From a virus: DNA of 64,000 bases. The translations under genes were made by a program, and so were the position numbers. Below, piece after piece: positions 61,803 to 64,000 of this stretch. The stretch's first letter is position 1; each line of letters begins with the position of its first letter. The notes beneath the pieces are model-generated. The model was not told the origin of the DNA and did not search any database. It worked only from the letters and a program-made list of their open reading frames with translations. The DNA is taken from IMG/VR virus record IMGVR_UViG_2029527005_000013, one strand, 5' to 3'.

Positions 61803-62126
61803 TCAACGCTTGACGAGAGAGTCCATAAATTCTGCGAGGACGGGATTGTAACCCGGGGTGAACGACATCTCTACCCGGAGAACACGGTTTTTCTTGTCCT
61901 CTTCCGATAAGGGCTGTGCAGGTTCGAAGTCTACGAGACCCTTTACCTCTGTGCCTCCGATAAAGAGCCGAACAGACTCGTTGTCATAAACGCGCTGTGC
62001 GACGTTCTCAGCGTTTTCTGCGTAGTAATCAAGCAAACCCTCGTCTACGGAGAGTTGTGGCTCCTTAGAGCGATCCAGGTGGGTTGCTGCACGATTATGG
62101 TCGTGTTTTGCGACAAGGTTTCTCAT
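61803..62126 (-). CDS. hypothetical protein
   Basis: GGAGG RBS; NLVAKHDHNRAATHLDR N-terminus. Confidence 0.75.
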   Translation of the reverse strand: MRNLVAKHDHNRAATHLDRSKEPQLSVDEGLLDYYAENAENVAQRVYDNESVRLFIGGTEVKGLVDFEPAQPLSEEDKKNRVLRVEMSFTPGYNPVLAEFMDSLVKR

Positions 62127-62143
62127 TTGTCCTCCAGATGGTA

Positions 62144-62168
62144 GAAAACCGCCCCGGAGGGCGGCTTG
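62144..62168 (-). terminator. rho-independent terminator
   Basis: AAGCCGCCC-TCCG-GGGCGG followed by TTTT. Confidence 0.8.
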
Positions 62169-62171
62169 ATT

Positions 62172-63962
62172 TTAGTTCAGGTTTGCTGCAACACGCTCAC
62201 GAATTTCAGTCAGCGTTTCGTCAACGAGCAGTTTACCGTCGCGGAATACCGGGCGCAGTTCGTTGTCTGCTGCCGCCGACTCTTCACGAGACAGGTTATC
62301 GACCAGTTTCAGTTCGCCATCTTCACCACGGACAACCTTCAGGAAGCCTTGGGCAGATTTCTTGCCGAGGTCTGTCTTCGGCTCTTTGACCACCATGATC
62401 TGCTGACCATCGATAATCGCACCAGTTGCCTTCACTGCCATACCCAGAGAATCACGGGTATTGAACTGGGTGGTGAAGGAACCAACGCCGTACACGATGT
62501 TGCTGGATGCAAAACCCTTCGCTTCCAGGCGCTCGAAGATCTCCGTTGCACGAGCCACAGTGATGGAGTCACCGTAAATCAGACCAACGTGAGTATCGAG
62601 GGTACGGTAACCTTTAGAGTTAACGTCGCCGCCGAAGACATCCCACAGCAGTTCAACGGAGCCTTTCTGTTCGTTGGTCAGTTCCGGCTTGTCGATTGCC
62701 GTAACTTTGCTGCCGTCAACGTAGTAGTACGTGTACTCAGCACGGTTCCACTCAATGGTGCCACTCATGCGGTACAGTTCACCACCGAACATGAAGAAGC
62801 GTTCAACAATATCCGCACCACGAACGCCGTGTTCAGTTTCTTCACGAACTTCTTCAACCGCCGATTCCAGCGCCCAGTCTGCCGCTTTTTCCAGAGAACC
62901 AGCTTCGTCGAGGTTCTCGATTTTACGCCAGTCCAGTGTGCCACAGATGATGTCTTCCGGTACGCCGGAGTCAGGGCGGAACACTACACGACCATCACGG
63001 GCCATGATTTCGTTCTTCAGGATACGAACGCCTTCGGTGATCAGACGGAACCAGTCGTAGCTGTCACCAACGTAAGATACAAACCCTTTCGGGAAGAACT
63101 TCGTGATGTAGGTACGCAGGAACTCGACTTCTGCATGGAAGCGCAGGTCGTCCAGCGACATATCCGGGTGCTCAGAGCGGAGACGACCGATGATGAAGCC
63201 GATGTTCGTCGTCGCAACGCTGTGCTCGGATGCCGGGATAGAACCGGATACGAATTTGCCCTTCATGCCGTAATAACGGTTAGCATACAGAATCGCCGGG
63301 ATGGTATCAGTACCCATCGAGTTCATCAGTTGGCCCAGTTCGGACTGTGCTGCATCGTGAGTACCAGCCTGTCCGCGATAAGCGAAGCAGTGGATCTGAT
63401 ACGGAACGTGCAGGTTGTTGTCACAGGTTTTCTGTGCCCAGTCTTCTGCCAATTTACGGTACTGCCAGAAAATTGTTGCCAGTGTGATGGTTTTCCAGTT
63501 CTCGGCAGAAATCACAGACTCCAGGTAGTTCGGGAGCCAGTAGAAGTCCTTGTGCGTGTTCTCGATGGTGAACAGCGGGACCTGTACCGGGGAAAGAGTA
63601 CCTTCCGGCAGGGCGCGGATTTCTACCGGGAGATAACCCAGGTCGTGCAGCTTTTCGAAGCCCCACGTTTCAACCATGTCCGGGCCGATAGACAGATCGC
63701 AGACTTCTTTGAACTCGCCGATAACTTCCGATTTCGGTTTGTTGAAGAACTCACGGTTGAAGTGCTCAATCAGGAACCATTTAATGAAGCCTTGCAGCCC
63801 GGCTGACATGACACGCTGGTCGGCATCGCTGAAGTGAGCGAAATGCTTACTGGAGCGCGGGGTCATGTTGTCCTGAACGATTTCAGACTTCTTGCTGTAC
63901 ATGGAGATGTGGCTTGGTTTGTACCAGTCAGCGAACAGAATAGGCAGGTCGTTATGTAACAT
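62172..63962 (-). CDS. nadV: nicotinamide phosphoribosyltransferase-family enzyme (NAMPT/NadV or Namat)
   Basis: ADWYKPSH, YMTPRS-like DNMTPRS, HCFAYRG, GTDTIPA, SIPASEHSV, VGDSYD, VFRPDSG, GLIYGDSIT, YGVGS motifs. Confidence 0.9.
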   Translation of the reverse strand: MLHNDLPILFADWYKPSHISMYSKKSEIVQDNMTPRSSKHFAHFSDADQRVMSAGLQGFIKWFLIEHFNREFFNKPKSEVIGEFKEVCDLSIGPDMVETWGFEKLHDLGYLPVEIRALPEGTLSPVQVPLFTIENTHKDFYWLPNYLESVISAENWKTITLATIFWQYRKLAEDWAQKTCDNNLHVPYQIHCFAYRGQAGTHDAAQSELGQLMNSMGTDTIPAILYANRYYGMKGKFVSGSIPASEHSVATTNIGFIIGRLRSEHPDMSLDDLRFHAEVEFLRTYITKFFPKGFVSYVGDSYDWFRLITEGVRILKNEIMARDGRVVFRPDSGVPEDIICGTLDWRKIENLDEAGSLEKAADWALESAVEEVREETEHGVRGADIVERFFMFGGELYRMSGTIEWNRAEYTYYYVDGSKVTAIDKPELTNEQKGSVELLWDVFGGDVNSKGYRTLDTHVGLIYGDSITVARATEIFERLEAKGFASSNIVYGVGSFTTQFNTRDSLGMAVKATGAIIDGQQIMVVKEPKTDLGKKSAQGFLKVVRGEDGELKLVDNLSREESAAADNELRPVFRDGKLLVDETLTEIRERVAANLN

Positions 63963-64000
63963 ATTTGAATCTCCTCAGTAAATCGGGGCATCGTGCCCCG

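Overview
A 64-kb segment of a large lytic myophage genome. Gene content and order fit the rV5/CR3/phiTE-like group (Vequintavirinae); this assignment comes from recognised gene families and synteny, not from a database search. 1-21.8 kb (+): C5 DNA methyltransferase, HNH-AP2 endonuclease, GHKL ATPase, family A DNA polymerase, 2OG-Fe(II) oxygenase, an SSB with an E. coli-identical C-terminal tip, many small hypothetical genes and several dispersed probable virion accessory proteins. 21.8-58.6 kb (-): a morphogenesis region with spanins, terminase, portal, protease, scaffold, decoration, capsid, three collagen-like fibres, neck, sheath, tube, a frameshifted chaperone, tape measure, baseplate and tail fibres. 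58.7-60.9 kb (-): 11 CCA-ending tRNAs interleaved with several unexplained structured RNA-like segments. 61-64 kb (-): small ORFs and a NAMPT-family enzyme. Most notable candidates: (i) a modular virion 'docking-peptide' display system, comprising a collagen fibre whose N-terminus copies the tail-sheath N-terminal arm, a dispersed family of proteins starting MxE(L/M/I)L, and a triple-repeat adaptor peptide; (ii) several candidate structured ncRNAs in the tRNA cluster, including a ~255-nt pseudoknotted RNA with its own sigma70 promoter; (iii) two tandem paralogous acidic micropeptides. Functional calls rest on motif recognition by eye.
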